A stretch of DNA of 64,000 bases, from positions 23,314,001 through 23,378,000 of the forward strand of contig CM059432.1 in the NCBI GenBank assembly GCA_030390025.1, written 5' to 3'. Source of the DNA: Squalus acanthias (lineage: Eukaryota). The position numbers were made by a program, and so were the translations under genes. A model generated the notes under the pieces. The model ran no database searches. It saw only the letters and a program-made list of their open reading frames with translations, and was not told the origin of the DNA. Numbering within the stretch: the first letter of the stretch is position 1; every line of letters begins with the position of its first letter. Of this stretch, positions 51,001 through 58,250 are shown one piece after another.

Positions 51001-54000
51001 CTACCCGTCAGTACCCACAGGTCAGTGGGTACAGTATCTACAGACTTTGGCAGGTAATTTATACTAATGATTCTGGGGGCTGGAGTACAAGGGGGTGGAA
51101 GTTATGCTCCAGTTGTATAAAGCTCTGATTAGGCCACATCTGGAAAACTGCGTTCAGTTCTGGGCACTGCACCTCAGGAAGGATATTTTGGCCTTCGAGG
51201 GAGTGGAGCGCAGAATGATACCGAGGCTAAAAGGATTAAGTTAGGAGGAAAGGTTGCATAGACTAGGCTTGTATTCCCTTGAATATAGATTAAGGGGTGA
51301 TATAATTGAGGTGTTTAGAGGGTAGATAGAGAGAAACTATTTCCTCTGTTGGGGGAGCCCAGAACAAGGGGGCATAACCTTAAAATTAAAGCTAGGTCGT
51401 GGTGATGTCAGGAAATGCTTTACACAAAGGGTAGTAGAAATCTGGAACTCTCCCCCAAAAAGCTGTTGAGGGTAGGTCAATTGAAAATTTAAAAACGGTG
51501 GTTGATAGATTTCTGTTAAGCAAGGGTATTAAGGGTTATGTAACCAAGGCGGGCAAATGGAGTGAAGATACAGATCAGCCATTATCTAATTGAATGGCGG
51601 AACAGACTCAAGAGGCTGAATGGCCTATTCCTGCTGCTATGTTCCAATGGCACCACTAGTATATTGGTGGCCGTGCCTTCTGTTGCCTAGGCCCTAAGCT
51701 CTGGAATTCCCTCGCTATCTCTCTTTCCTCCTTTAAGACGCTCCTTAAAACCGACCTCTTTGACCAAGCTTTTGGTCACCTGCCCTAATTTATCCTTATG
51801 TGGATCGGTGTCAAATGTTTTGTCTTAAAATATTCCTGTGCATCGCCTTGGGACGTTTAACTACGTTAAAGGCGCTATATAAATACAAGTTGTTGTTGTT
51901 GTTGAATGCTTGATAAACCTCAATTACTTATCCAAGTAATAATTGATTGATTATCCTCAGAAGCAGCTCAATCAGCAGGGAAGCTGTTGCAGTGTTGTAA
52001 CATCTGCTGCAAGGAAACCTGCAGCTACCATACAGCAAAGGACTGGCATGTCCAGTAAGAGTAACAAACAGCTGTGGCCTGGAACTTGGCAGCTCACCCT
52101 TGCTACGACGTTGAGCTGTTGGGATGGTGCTGTGGAGTGGCACAGAAGGCTACCCTCTTCGCAATCACCTCAGGCAGCACCACCTCCAAGGTCAGGTGCT
52201 CCGTCACTTGTATACAGCCTCATGCCTGCACCTTGGGTTTCCCTCTCCCTCAGTCTCTTCTTAGTCCTCTGCCATTTCAGTCTTGCCAAAGGCTGCGAAT
52301 GGGTTTTCAGATGCCTTTTGAGGCTTTCTAAAGGCTTTCAGAATTTTTGTCCTCGCATTGTGACACTCGCTTTTTAAATTGTCTCCATCTTTTAAATTTA
52401 ATTTACAAGAAACTTTCTGCTCCCATCACTAGTTTGCTCCATACATCTATCGGATCTACACTTATAACTATGATAGTGAGCTGAACTTGGAAGACTGGGC
52501 ATGAACCCTTCCCTTTCAGTCTGTCTAAACAAGGTAAATAACGCCAAATGTCGAAAAATCTAATGAATTCTTTGAAGTTATCTGCTTACAGGCTGCCCTG
52601 GAAGTCCAGGATCCCCAGGAAGTCCATTTTCACCAGATGATCCCTGAAAAATGAGAAGATAGCAGACGATGAGAGCACAGCCAATAAGAAGCATTTCATG
52701 AATTCCCTCAAATCGTTTCGAAAGATCTGTAAAGCAAATGGTGTTGATTAGTTTACTGGTCTTTTCTCATTCCATGGTTTCTTATGCTCTTAGAAATTTC
52801 GGTCAGAAAATCATGGGACTGGGCAATAAAGGAGTATTCAGATTCAACTGTTTCACCTCCTGTGAAACCATATGATGTAAGTAGTCTAAGATTGGATTAT
52901 GACTGTGCCAGTTTGAAGATAATAGCTGCAGTTGGCACAATGCCACAGAATCCAATCCTCTTCTTATCCTCACAATTTTATAGCCTACAGTAAACTCAGC
53001 TTACTTACTGGTGCCCAGCAGCAGATTTAAATGAGCGAAGCCCACACAAACTGGATCCTATGGCTTCTGCTGAAACCTGGAGTATGGCTGTGCATATACA
53101 GACATTCTGGGGGTAATTTTCATCAAACTCTCCAGGAGAGAAACGGGTGAGTTCAGGTCGACCGCCCGTTTTACACCTCGCCTGAAGCTAATGGAGCGTA
53201 AAATCAGACAGAGTGTAAATCAGACATCTGACCCGAACCCACCCACCATGTTAGGTTAAAATGAGCCCCTATGAGTCTGTTGATGTAGTTACGATGTACC
53301 AGTGCTGGGACTGCCGTTCATTAGATGCTGAACACCCTATATCCAAAAGAGCTGACTCCACATCATAATGTGATGTCAACCCATTTAGTGAATTTTCAGG
53401 CACTCCCTGCATAGTGTATGATATGCTGGGAGCAACACAGAGGGTCGGAGGCAGGAACGTCAGATGCCATCAGCCAGTGAAGGCCTGCTGGATTCCCATG
53501 AAACAGCAGCATTTTCGTGTGTCCCAAATGTGGTAGAGACTTGGGGCTAAATTTTCCAGGGTGGTAGCGGGGGAGATCGGTGGCGGGTCGGGTGGGAAAG
53601 TTGTTTTTTTTGACAGCGGGTCGGGAATCCGCTGTCAACTCGCTCCTACACGCCTTTCACCCAGGCGGGTCTGTCATCATGGAGCCGACCCAACCAGCAG
53701 TGACCCAATTCAAATCATTATGAGCTACTTTACAGGCACCCAAGAGCCTTTTTTCCCCAACTTTTTACATTTTCCTGCATGGTCACGGGATTCACACAGC
53801 TCGGGAACCATGTCTGTCAACCTGAGGCATGAGTTCCGTGGCCATTGCTCCAGCTGATTACTTGACAGCATGGAAAACAAACCAAAATAAAAACATGTTG
53901 ATTACATCAGCTAACAGATTGATGGAGATTCTGTTCTACTTGAAAAGCTACTGGTAAATGTTAATTCAGAAATTCCTGAAAGGACATAAACGCTGAGGGA

Positions 54001-57000
54001 AAAACATTTTTCACTGGCCATTCTTGGCTGTGCCTTCCAACTCAACAGTAATTGCAGTGAATTGATCTGCACTATAAATAATGACATATACCATTTCAAT
54101 ACATTTTTGTGTTGTTTTTGGTCGGGCTTTTCTCAGTATACTGTGATTGTCCAGTTACACATTAAATCAAGTCATCAACCGTAACAATTTTATTCTCATC
54201 ACTCATTCCACTGGTTCAATTTGCTTTCAGTCCTTGAATATGACTCATTTAATTTTTCAGTCTGAGACTGTAGGGTAAATTTCTGCGGAGGTTCTCTCAC
54301 TTGTCCATTGTTAACTTCAATGGAAGAGCTGCAGAAATCCCAGAAACACATTGTAAGCACCACTTACACAGTTAGGGTTTCCGCAGCTCTTCCGCTGAAC
54401 TTGCATAAGATTGTAAATCCACCCCTTTACAATTACATTTAAAATCTGCTATGTATTATCTATCACACACATCTCTTTTATTTGTACCAGTTACTGATAC
54501 AAAAGTCTATAGATTTGTGACTAAAGCACCAATAACGTACCAATTAATGTACTTTTTTAATTATGTTCTTGATCGTATTTGTAGATGGAGTCATATTACT
54601 TAATATTTAAATATTTCTTTGTCACTCATATATAACTTATTATATTATTGTACAGTAAAGATTCAACACCTACTATGTTAGATTAAACTTAAAATTTAAT
54701 GTAGCCAGGGTCCCTTTAAGGATCCTGGTTTAAAACGCATCATGAATGATGACACCAGACCCGCGCCATCTAATTGGGCCGGGTAACGTGCTGGGCGGGC
54801 TTAATAGGCCCTATTAAGATAAGTTCATTTTCTACAGCGGGATGGAACCAGCCGCGGGGTTTGGGACCCGCCACGGACACCGGCCGCACCAGACCCGCCA
54901 AGGTAAGGAAAATTCCAGCCTTAGGTTCACATGTACGTATTTGGTTGTAGAAATCCAGAAAAATGGGGACCAGTAAAAAAGGGTGGCCCTATAAGGAAAG
55001 GGCCAGCCCGAATCAAAATTTAACATTTTTGAGGCAGTTTTCACCTTCAGTGCCCATTGGGAATGATACTCCGGGGCTCCAATTCCATTAACTGCATCTT
55101 TTCTGGGGTCATAACGAGCCTTGTGCACAGTCTCTGAACACGGCAGTGCTTCGGGCTCACAAGGGAGATGAAGAGAGCATTGAGCACATGGTAGACCTTA
55201 AGCCCCCACATCCAATAGTACAGTATCATTAGGCATCCACCATCGCATTATCGAGTACATGCACAGTGACACTCTTCACTTCAAAAGGCAGTATAACGTT
55301 GGCAGTGCCAGTGAGGAACATGTTTAACATACCTTGGGGATAATTTTAACTTTAGGCGAAAGCGTAAAATGGGTGATAATGAATTAGCCACCCGATTGTG
55401 TCTTCGATGGAAAGGAATATCAAGTGTGTTGTATAATGGGCATGTAATTCGATATCGGCCATTTTACATCATCGTCCAAAGTTAAAATTACCCCCTTGTT
55501 TGCACCAGAACTCAAGTGTAAAATGGGCAAAAACCTGTTAAAATACCCACCTTTTATTAGAATAAGTCCTTCCAAACCAACCATTTTACATATGCCAACA
55601 AAACACATGTAACAGCCAATGCTCCAAATATGTGAAAGAAAGGAACAGCATAAAGCCTAGCATACAAGACACCCCTTTATTACGCACCTATCATTATAGT
55701 AAAAATACTTAGTAGTTTCACTGGTGAAAACTATAACTACAGGCACAGAAAATGTACTTTATTGCACAGTAATTACAATAGAAATATTATATAATTATTC
55801 TGTTGTAGAACAACTTCCTACATAAGATTTTGACATTATATTAATTTAAACGATTAACCATATTTATACAGATAAGAAAAGATATAAACTATGGAAAGTT
55901 TAGCTTTAAGCCAATTATCATGGAGGCTTCTCCCAGTCTGTCCAAGTTATAGAGGCCGAGTGGGATGAAGCCCCAAGGAAATTCCCCCCCCAATCACGTG
56001 ATGAAAGGGATGAGGGGAACTAAATTTACAATTACAAGCTGAAGGAAGATTTTTTTGGCATATGTGTATGTTGTATTTATTTAGAAATATGTCGAATTCT
56101 TAGTTTGTGAATGTGGAATGATTTTTTTTCCTTCCCTAATCTCCTGTTCCTCCTGAGATGAGGTCTTCACAAGCTAACCATCACCACTTTGGTAATTTCA
56201 TCTCTGGCCTTTCCGCTCTTGTTTCCAAGTTCCAAATAGACCATCTTGTCTGCTCTTCTTCCTCCCTGCATCTTCACTGTGTTGAAATCAACACTCCTAC
56301 TCATATTTCACTAAGTCATTCTTTACCAAAATCTCCAAACTGGAACTGCTTACCTCCTTCAGTCTTCACTTCCTCCAACAACCTGCAGCTTCTAAACCTG
56401 ATCTTGGTCTCATCTGACCACTACGGTTTAATTTACTTTTTTTTTACTTTGGTGATGATCTACACTATGTGGCCTTAGTTTCTCAATAAAAATTAACTTA
56501 AATCACAGGTACAAATAATGTTCCTCAACTACATTAAATTCAATTTCTGAATTTCTAAAGAAGAAGATGATATTTTTCTTCTTTGCATGAAGAATGATTC
56601 CACAATCCCACTCTCCCACTACAATCAAAGGAAGCATGGACATTGATAGCAGCGACAATACTGAAGCTCCAATTCTCCCAGCCCACCCCAGTTGCTTGTG
56701 GTCCCCTCCTGGTCGTTTGCGATCATGGACTCACTCCTTAAACTTTATGCAAATCATGTCAAGAATTACAGTTAATCCCACGTAAAGACCTTATTTACTT
56801 ACTGGGATTCCAATTTTCATTGGCCCCTGTTGAAAGACAAAAAGAGAAGCCCTTGTTAAACGTAACTCAATTATACAACATAAATTATTGTTTTTTTATT
56901 AACCAATACTGGGTGTTTTAAATGTCAATCGGATTGTCGGAAATATTTGATCTGCAGCCAGCCACACAGAGTGCTGAGTGTATTGCCATGCCTATTGACT

Positions 57001-58250
57001 TTTTCTGATGTCGTCAGGTGATTATGTTCAGACAAGAACTTCACAGCATAAGTTGCTGCTAGGGTAAGAACAGTAAGCCAAAATAATGGGAAGCAAAAAT
57101 GTGAACCGGGAGTTTCCAAGAAGAATTGACTGCACACAATTACATAACCACATATCAAGAAAAAGCTATTTGGGAAATACTGGAATCAAACAGTGGGTTT
57201 ATCAACACACAGCTTCTGGCTCCTTCATGTAAGTAAAATATTTGGTTACTGTATTCAATAGCTGCTACACATATTTGGGAAATGATCTGTGACATAATGG
57301 AGTCTAACTCATCTTTCTGTAGATACCTACAGAGGCAATTATCAAGTTGCATGCTCATCCAAGTTAGCCAATAAAAGAACCAAAGCCAGTGATATAACTA
57401 CACAAACCACGCCTGGCCTCTGTTGTTAGACCCTGAGCTTTCACGGTTAGGAAGGAGAATTACAAAGTTGATCTAGCTTGATTGTTCACTACGATAAAGG
57501 GTTCAATTGTCAAGAATTAAGAAATTGGGAGGTTAAGGAAAGTTAGACTGGTAACAGAATTATGGATTAAGGTAAGATAATTATGGGAAGGCCATTCAAG
57601 TAAACAGTCCAGACTCAAATATTTCAATGCTCCCCTCGCAGACCTCCCATCTTCGACCCTCTGTAGACTTCAGCTCACTTAAGACCCTCCTTAAAACCCA
57701 CAACTTTGACAAAGTTATTGGCACCCCACCTAATGTCTCCATGTTTGTTTCAGAGTGCATTTTTGTTTGATTATGCCTCTTTGAAGCACCTTAGGATGCT
57801 AACGGCGCTATTTAAATGCAAGTTGCTGTTGTGACAACAAATTGAGGGATATGGTACGAGGCAGGTAAATGGGACAGGCTTATTGGGCCTAATGACCCTT
57901 TTCTGTTCTTAAAAATGTCTGTGTTCTTATCATGCAAAAGAAGGTTCTGGGAACAAATAGTACAGCTCACGGACCTGTTTAAGTCCAGTAGATCATAAAC
58001 AAACTCTGGGGCAGCAACAGCTTTAAAAGTAGTTTGGCAGAATCCAAAATGACATGGTATTTGTTTCTGCTTCAGTATTAATTACTCAGGTCAGTCACTG
58101 ATCATTAGCATTCAGTAAAATCATCATTGGTTTAGTCTCTCACGCTCAGGCCCCCAGGCAAAACAACCTCAAAAACTTTCAATGTGGAATAGCATTACAA
58201 AGATTAATACTTACTGGTGGACCTTCTGGACCAGGCATGCCAGGAGGACC
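48..58250 (-). CDS. Type IX collagen alpha-chain-like gene (FACIT collagen), internal part: 20 coding exons covering COL3 end, NC3 and most of COL2; both gene ends lie outside the window
   Basis: 20 exons with canonical AG/GT boundaries, all phase 0, splice into a 339-aa Gly-X-Y frame with no stops. The size series 36,24,54,54,45,57,54x8,45,54x3,72,36 matches COL9A1/2/3. NC3 reads [19 protein letters not shown] (cf. COL9A3 [19 protein letters not shown]). Which chain it is remains unresolved. Confidence 0.93.
377..793 (+). mobile_element. L2-type LINE 3' fragment
   Basis: Peptide [13 protein letters not shown]...[15 protein letters not shown]...[10 protein letters not shown]; ends AAGGCGCTATATAAATACAA(GTT)n; near-identical copy at 51660-51903. 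Confidence 0.85.
1425..1945 (-). mobile_element. Degraded CR1-type LINE 3' fragment with a 23-bp tandem repeat (AGCAGTGGTCCCAATCTCATGAG x~3, ~1490-1562)
   Basis: ORF 1674..1916 has LRGDLI..FKIM.G.D and RTRGYRY, typical of the CR1 ORF2 C-terminus. Confidence 0.75.
2382..2453 (-). CDS. Collagen IX-like exon (72 bp, ~exon 24): [24 protein letters not shown]
   Basis: ttaatag|GGA...AAG|gtaagg; 72-bp exon as in COL9 genes. Confidence 0.95.
3200..3480 (+). mobile_element. Old, diverged SINE-like family (core TGTGCTGAGTTAGCTGATCTCAG); copies at ~8330-8580(-), 17590-17860, 25480-25830(-), 28530-28890, 29140-29460, 43140-43990, 61870-62050
   Basis: Recurrent diverged motif blocks read by eye; family not named with certainty. 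Confidence 0.6.
3484..3926 (+). mobile_element. tRNA-headed Deu-type SINE (SacSINE1-like) with L2-derived tail; other copies at ~2085-2269, 6315-7497 (split by a MITE), 22540-23770 (-, split), 45475-45735, 48355-48805 (-)
   Basis: A-box-like CTCAGTGGTAGC and B-box GGTTCAAGTCC; core GCTGACACTCCAGTACAGTACTGAGGG; tail AAGGCGCTATATAAATGCAAG shared with the L2 fragments. Confidence 0.8.
4385..4438 (-). CDS. Collagen IX-like exon (54 bp, ~exon 23): [18 protein letters not shown]
   Basis: ttttacag|GGA...TCT|gtaagt. Confidence 0.95.
5603..6276. mobile_element. Harbinger-type MITE
   Basis: TIRs GGGCCGGATATTCCGATC / GATCGGAATATCTGGGCC; 3-bp TSD CAT. Confidence 0.8.
6559..7321. mobile_element. Harbinger-type MITE inserted in a SINE
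   Basis: TIRs GGTCCAGATTTTGCGGTCGG / CCGACCGCAAAATCAGGGCC; SINE resumes after the element. Confidence 0.8.
9370..9592 (+). mobile_element. Penelope-like element fragment (family A) interrupting the CR1 ORF2
   Basis: TSD AAATAATA (9362-9369 / 9593-9600); contains a hammerhead core; shares its 3' block with the 12805 and 16024 copies. Confidence 0.8.
9501..9535 (+). ncRNA. Minimal type I hammerhead ribozyme motif
   Basis: tac-CTGACGA-a-GGAGC-agt-GCTCC-GAAA-gc-TC-gta: both conserved cores, stem II, short stem I, CUC triplet. Confidence 0.75.
12805..12910 (+). mobile_element. Penelope-like fragment (family A) with hammerhead motif at 12819-12860
   Basis: 14-bp TSD TTCATAAATAGAGG (12791-12804 / 12911-12924); tcac-CTGAGGA-a-GGAGC..GCTCC-GAAA-gc-TT-gtga. 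Confidence 0.82.
12929..14209. mobile_element. Harbinger-type MITE (same family as 22778-23608, opposite orientation)
   Basis: TIRs GGGCTGGATTTT / AAAATCAAGCCC; TSD ATA; removal restores CR1 GAGGCATAGAGTACAAG. Confidence 0.87.
13685..14135 (-). mobile_element. HE1-like V-SINE with CR1/HER1-derived tail
   Basis: V-domain GGACTGTGGGAGGAAACCGGAGCACCCGGAGGAAACCCACGCAG; tRNA-like head; (TTTCTATG)n tail; internal ~48-bp duplication. Confidence 0.85.
14861..14914 (-). CDS. Collagen IX-like exon (54 bp, ~exon 22): [18 protein letters not shown]
   Basis: ttcctaag|GGT...CCT|gtaagt. Confidence 0.95.
15620..16250 (-). mobile_element. Non-LTR retrotransposon 3' fragments (WNSLP-type end); related pieces at ~15180-15310, 19540-19685(+), 26850-27880, 37500-37762(+)
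   Basis: Shared blocks CCCTCCAAGTCACACACCATCCTGACTT and GCAGCGGTTCAAGGCGGCGGCTCACCACCACC. Confidence 0.65.
16024..16203 (+). mobile_element. Penelope-like fragment (family A) with inverted 5' duplication and hammerhead motif (16073-16112)
   Basis: 11-bp TSD CTGCTGTAGTA (16013-16023 / 16204-16214); perfect 50-bp inverted repeat 16024-16073 / 16094-16143. Confidence 0.85.
16318..16540. mobile_element. Penelope-like fragment (family B), fold-back, with hammerhead motif at 16440-16474 (+)
   Basis: 12-bp TSD CACCAAACTACT (16306-16317 / 16541-16552); ~80-bp inverted arms; gtt-CTGACGA-a-AGGT..ACCT-GAAAC-ATT-aac. Confidence 0.82.
17966..18019 (-). CDS. Collagen IX-like exon (54 bp, ~exon 21): [18 protein letters not shown]
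   Basis: attacag|GGT...CCT|gtaagt. Confidence 0.95.
18090..18515. repeat. Purine-rich degenerate tandem repeat (AACTAAATGAGG/GAGAGA units)
   Basis: Direct reading; becomes a long pyrimidine tract upstream of exon 17966-18019 on the transcript strand. Confidence 0.7.
18521..19257. mobile_element. GC-rich Harbinger-type MITE (related to 27114-27759)
   Basis: Ends GGGGAGAAAT / ATGTCTAGCCC; AGCGC-rich interior; shared block CCTTCC(C)TCCC..TAAAGGGAAGGG. Confidence 0.7.
20108..20152 (-). CDS. Collagen IX-like exon (45 bp, ~exon 20): [15 protein letters not shown]
   Basis: tttttaag|GGA...AAG|gtaatc; 45-bp exon at the expected position. Confidence 0.95.
20288..22310 (-). mobile_element. CR1-clade LINE RT fragment, nearly open
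   Basis: ORFs 21278..22000 and 20366..21277 are in the same frame, separated by one stop in GVPQG*VLGP; FADN at the active site; (CTATGACT)n tail. Confidence 0.95.
22778..23608. mobile_element. Harbinger-type MITE inserted in a SINE
   Basis: TIRs GGGCTCGATTTT / AAAATCCAGCCC; TSD TTA on both sides. Confidence 0.88.
23859..23912 (-). CDS. Collagen IX-like exon (54 bp, ~exon 19): [18 protein letters not shown]
   Basis: aatatag|GGT...CCT|gtaagt. Confidence 0.95.
24500..25167. mobile_element. Partial MITE of the 49039-49795 family
   Basis: Shared blocks ATCTGGGACCTG.GTGAACAG and AATTAATTTTCAGTG; degenerate right TIR. Confidence 0.6.
25247..25300 (-). CDS. Collagen IX-like exon (54 bp, ~exon 18): [18 protein letters not shown]
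   Basis: attttag|GGT...AAG|gtaaca. Confidence 0.95.
25336..25443 (-). mobile_element. Penelope-like fragment (family B)
   Basis: 10-bp TSD GTAAATTGTG (25326-25335 / 25444-25453); similar to 16318-16540. Confidence 0.82.
25402..25436 (-). ncRNA. Minimal type I hammerhead ribozyme with canonical GUC triplet
   Basis: gtt-CTGATGA-a-AGGTC-atc-GACCT-GAAAC-GTC-aac on the minus strand. Confidence 0.8.
25841..26009. mobile_element. Penelope-like fragment (family B), fold-back, hammerhead truncated
   Basis: 12-bp TSD CTAAATGGGCAA (25829-25840 / 26010-26021); ~44-bp inverted arms. Confidence 0.82.
27114..27759. mobile_element. GC-rich Harbinger-type MITE
   Basis: TIRs GGGGGAAAAACTGAGTTGC / GCAACCGAATTTTTCCCCC; TSD TAA. 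Confidence 0.85.
28960..29013 (-). CDS. Collagen IX-like exon (54 bp, ~exon 17): [18 protein letters not shown]
   Basis: ttttctag|GGT...CCT|gtaagt. Confidence 0.95.
29665..29718 (-). CDS. Collagen IX-like exon (54 bp, ~exon 16): [18 protein letters not shown]
   Basis: gttatag|GGG...AAA|gtaagt. Confidence 0.95.
30697..30750 (-). CDS. Collagen IX-like exon (54 bp, ~exon 15): [18 protein letters not shown]
   Basis: tcattcag|GGC...ACT|gtaagt. Confidence 0.95.
31590..32370. repeat. C-rich degenerate repeat (CCCCGACCTCCAATCTC-like units), probably internal to a MITE starting ~31276
   Basis: Direct reading; source of the Pro/Ser- and Gly-rich spurious ORFs. Confidence 0.7.
33010..36285 (+). mobile_element. 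CR1-clade LINE RT fragment split by an LTR element
   Basis: ORF 33446.. (DFQKAF, WLQDRKQ) breaks at 33683 and resumes at 35358 ([14 protein letters not shown]); ATCCTATGTAATCCTATGT tail. Confidence 0.9.
33684..35357 (+). mobile_element. Truncated ERV/LTR element: 3' internal segment, polypurine tract and 1221-bp 3' LTR (34137-35357)
   Basis: PPT AGAGGGGGGA (34126-34135) just before TGTAAG; LTR ends CTACA; TATAA ~34686; AATAAA 35203-35208. Confidence 0.78.
37208..37341. mobile_element. 134-bp hAT-type MITE inside an L2 fragment (~37125-37490)
   Basis: TIRs CAATGTTC / GAACATTG; 8-bp TSD CCTACAAC / CTTACAAC. Confidence 0.75.
38895..39185. repeat. AT-rich minisatellite, ~24-bp unit ATTAATATGCAACAATCTGCATAG
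   Basis: Direct reading; about a dozen degenerate units. Confidence 0.8.
39681..39734 (-). CDS. Collagen IX-like exon (54 bp, ~exon 14): [18 protein letters not shown]
   Basis: cttacag|GGT...AAA|gtgagt. Confidence 0.95.
39793..41159. mobile_element. Two adjacent degenerate Harbinger-type MITEs (~39793-40316 and ~40411-41159)
   Basis: Ends GGGCCTGAAATTCTG / CAGATTTTCTGACCCC and GGGGTTTATTTTAAC / GTAAAATTTATCCC. Confidence 0.55.
41221..42295 (-). mobile_element. CR1-clade LINE 3' fragment with open RT C-terminal frame
   Basis: ORF 41314..42324 ([27 protein letters not shown]); microsatellite tail. Confidence 0.95.
42909..42962 (-). CDS. Collagen IX-like exon (54 bp, ~exon 13): [18 protein letters not shown]
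   Basis: aacacag|GGG...GAG|gtatgt. Confidence 0.95.
44963..45016 (-). CDS. Collagen IX-like exon (54 bp, ~exon 12): [18 protein letters not shown]
   Basis: ttcttctag|GGC...AAG|gtatgt. Confidence 0.95.
45925..45981 (-). CDS. Collagen IX-like exon (57 bp, ~exon 11, NC3/COL2 junction): [19 protein letters not shown]
   Basis: cttctcag|TGT...AAG|gtaaac; 57-bp exon with two Cys is diagnostic of COL9 chains. Confidence 0.96.
47542..47586 (-). CDS. Collagen IX-like exon (45 bp, ~exon 10, NC3 start): [15 protein letters not shown]
   Basis: ctttgcaaag|GGC...GTG|gtaagt; position of the variable-length NC3 exon. Confidence 0.9.
48016..48069 (-). CDS. Collagen IX-like exon (54 bp, ~exon 9): [18 protein letters not shown]
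   Basis: atgttag|GGT...AAA|gtaagt. Confidence 0.95.
49039..49795. mobile_element. Harbinger-type MITE
   Basis: Perfect 17-bp TIRs GGCCCGGATTTTGCAGT / ACTGCAAAATCCGGGCC. Confidence 0.82.
51050..51903 (+). mobile_element. Degraded CR1 3' fragment (to ~51645) followed by an L2 3' fragment (51660-51903)
   Basis: CR1 C-terminal and 3' UTR blocks; L2 end near-identical to 540-793. Confidence 0.8.
52590..52643 (-). CDS. Collagen IX-like exon (54 bp, ~exon 8): [18 protein letters not shown]
   Basis: ttttcag|GGA...CCT|gtaagc. Confidence 0.95.
53544..54920 (+). mobile_element. Non-autonomous Harbinger derivative related to the element at 62489
   Basis: TIRs GGCTAAATTTTCC / GGAAAATTCCAGCC followed by TTA; block CAGCTCGGGAACCA.GTCTGT shared with ~62750. 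Confidence 0.7.
55336..55494. mobile_element. Short palindromic MITE (similar element at ~53108-53269)
   Basis: GGGGATAATTTTAACTTT / AAAGTTAAAATTACCCC inverted ends. Confidence 0.65.
56803..56826 (-). CDS. Collagen IX-like micro-exon (24 bp, ~exon 7): [11 protein letters not shown]3 helix interruption
   Basis: ctttcaacag|GGG...CCA|gtaagt; size and position match the 24-bp COL9 exon. Confidence 0.88.
58215..58250 (-). CDS. Collagen IX-like exon (36 bp, ~exon 6): [12 protein letters not shown]
   Basis: ttttgaag|GGT...CCA|gtaagt; Gly-X-Y. Confidence 0.93.

Noticed and set aside
48..58250. Fibrillar collagen or COL12/14/16/19/21/22 identity
   Set aside because: The 24-bp, 57-bp (CxxxCPP), 72-bp and 36-bp exons in this order fit the COL9 layout; fibrillar genes lack an internal Cys hinge.
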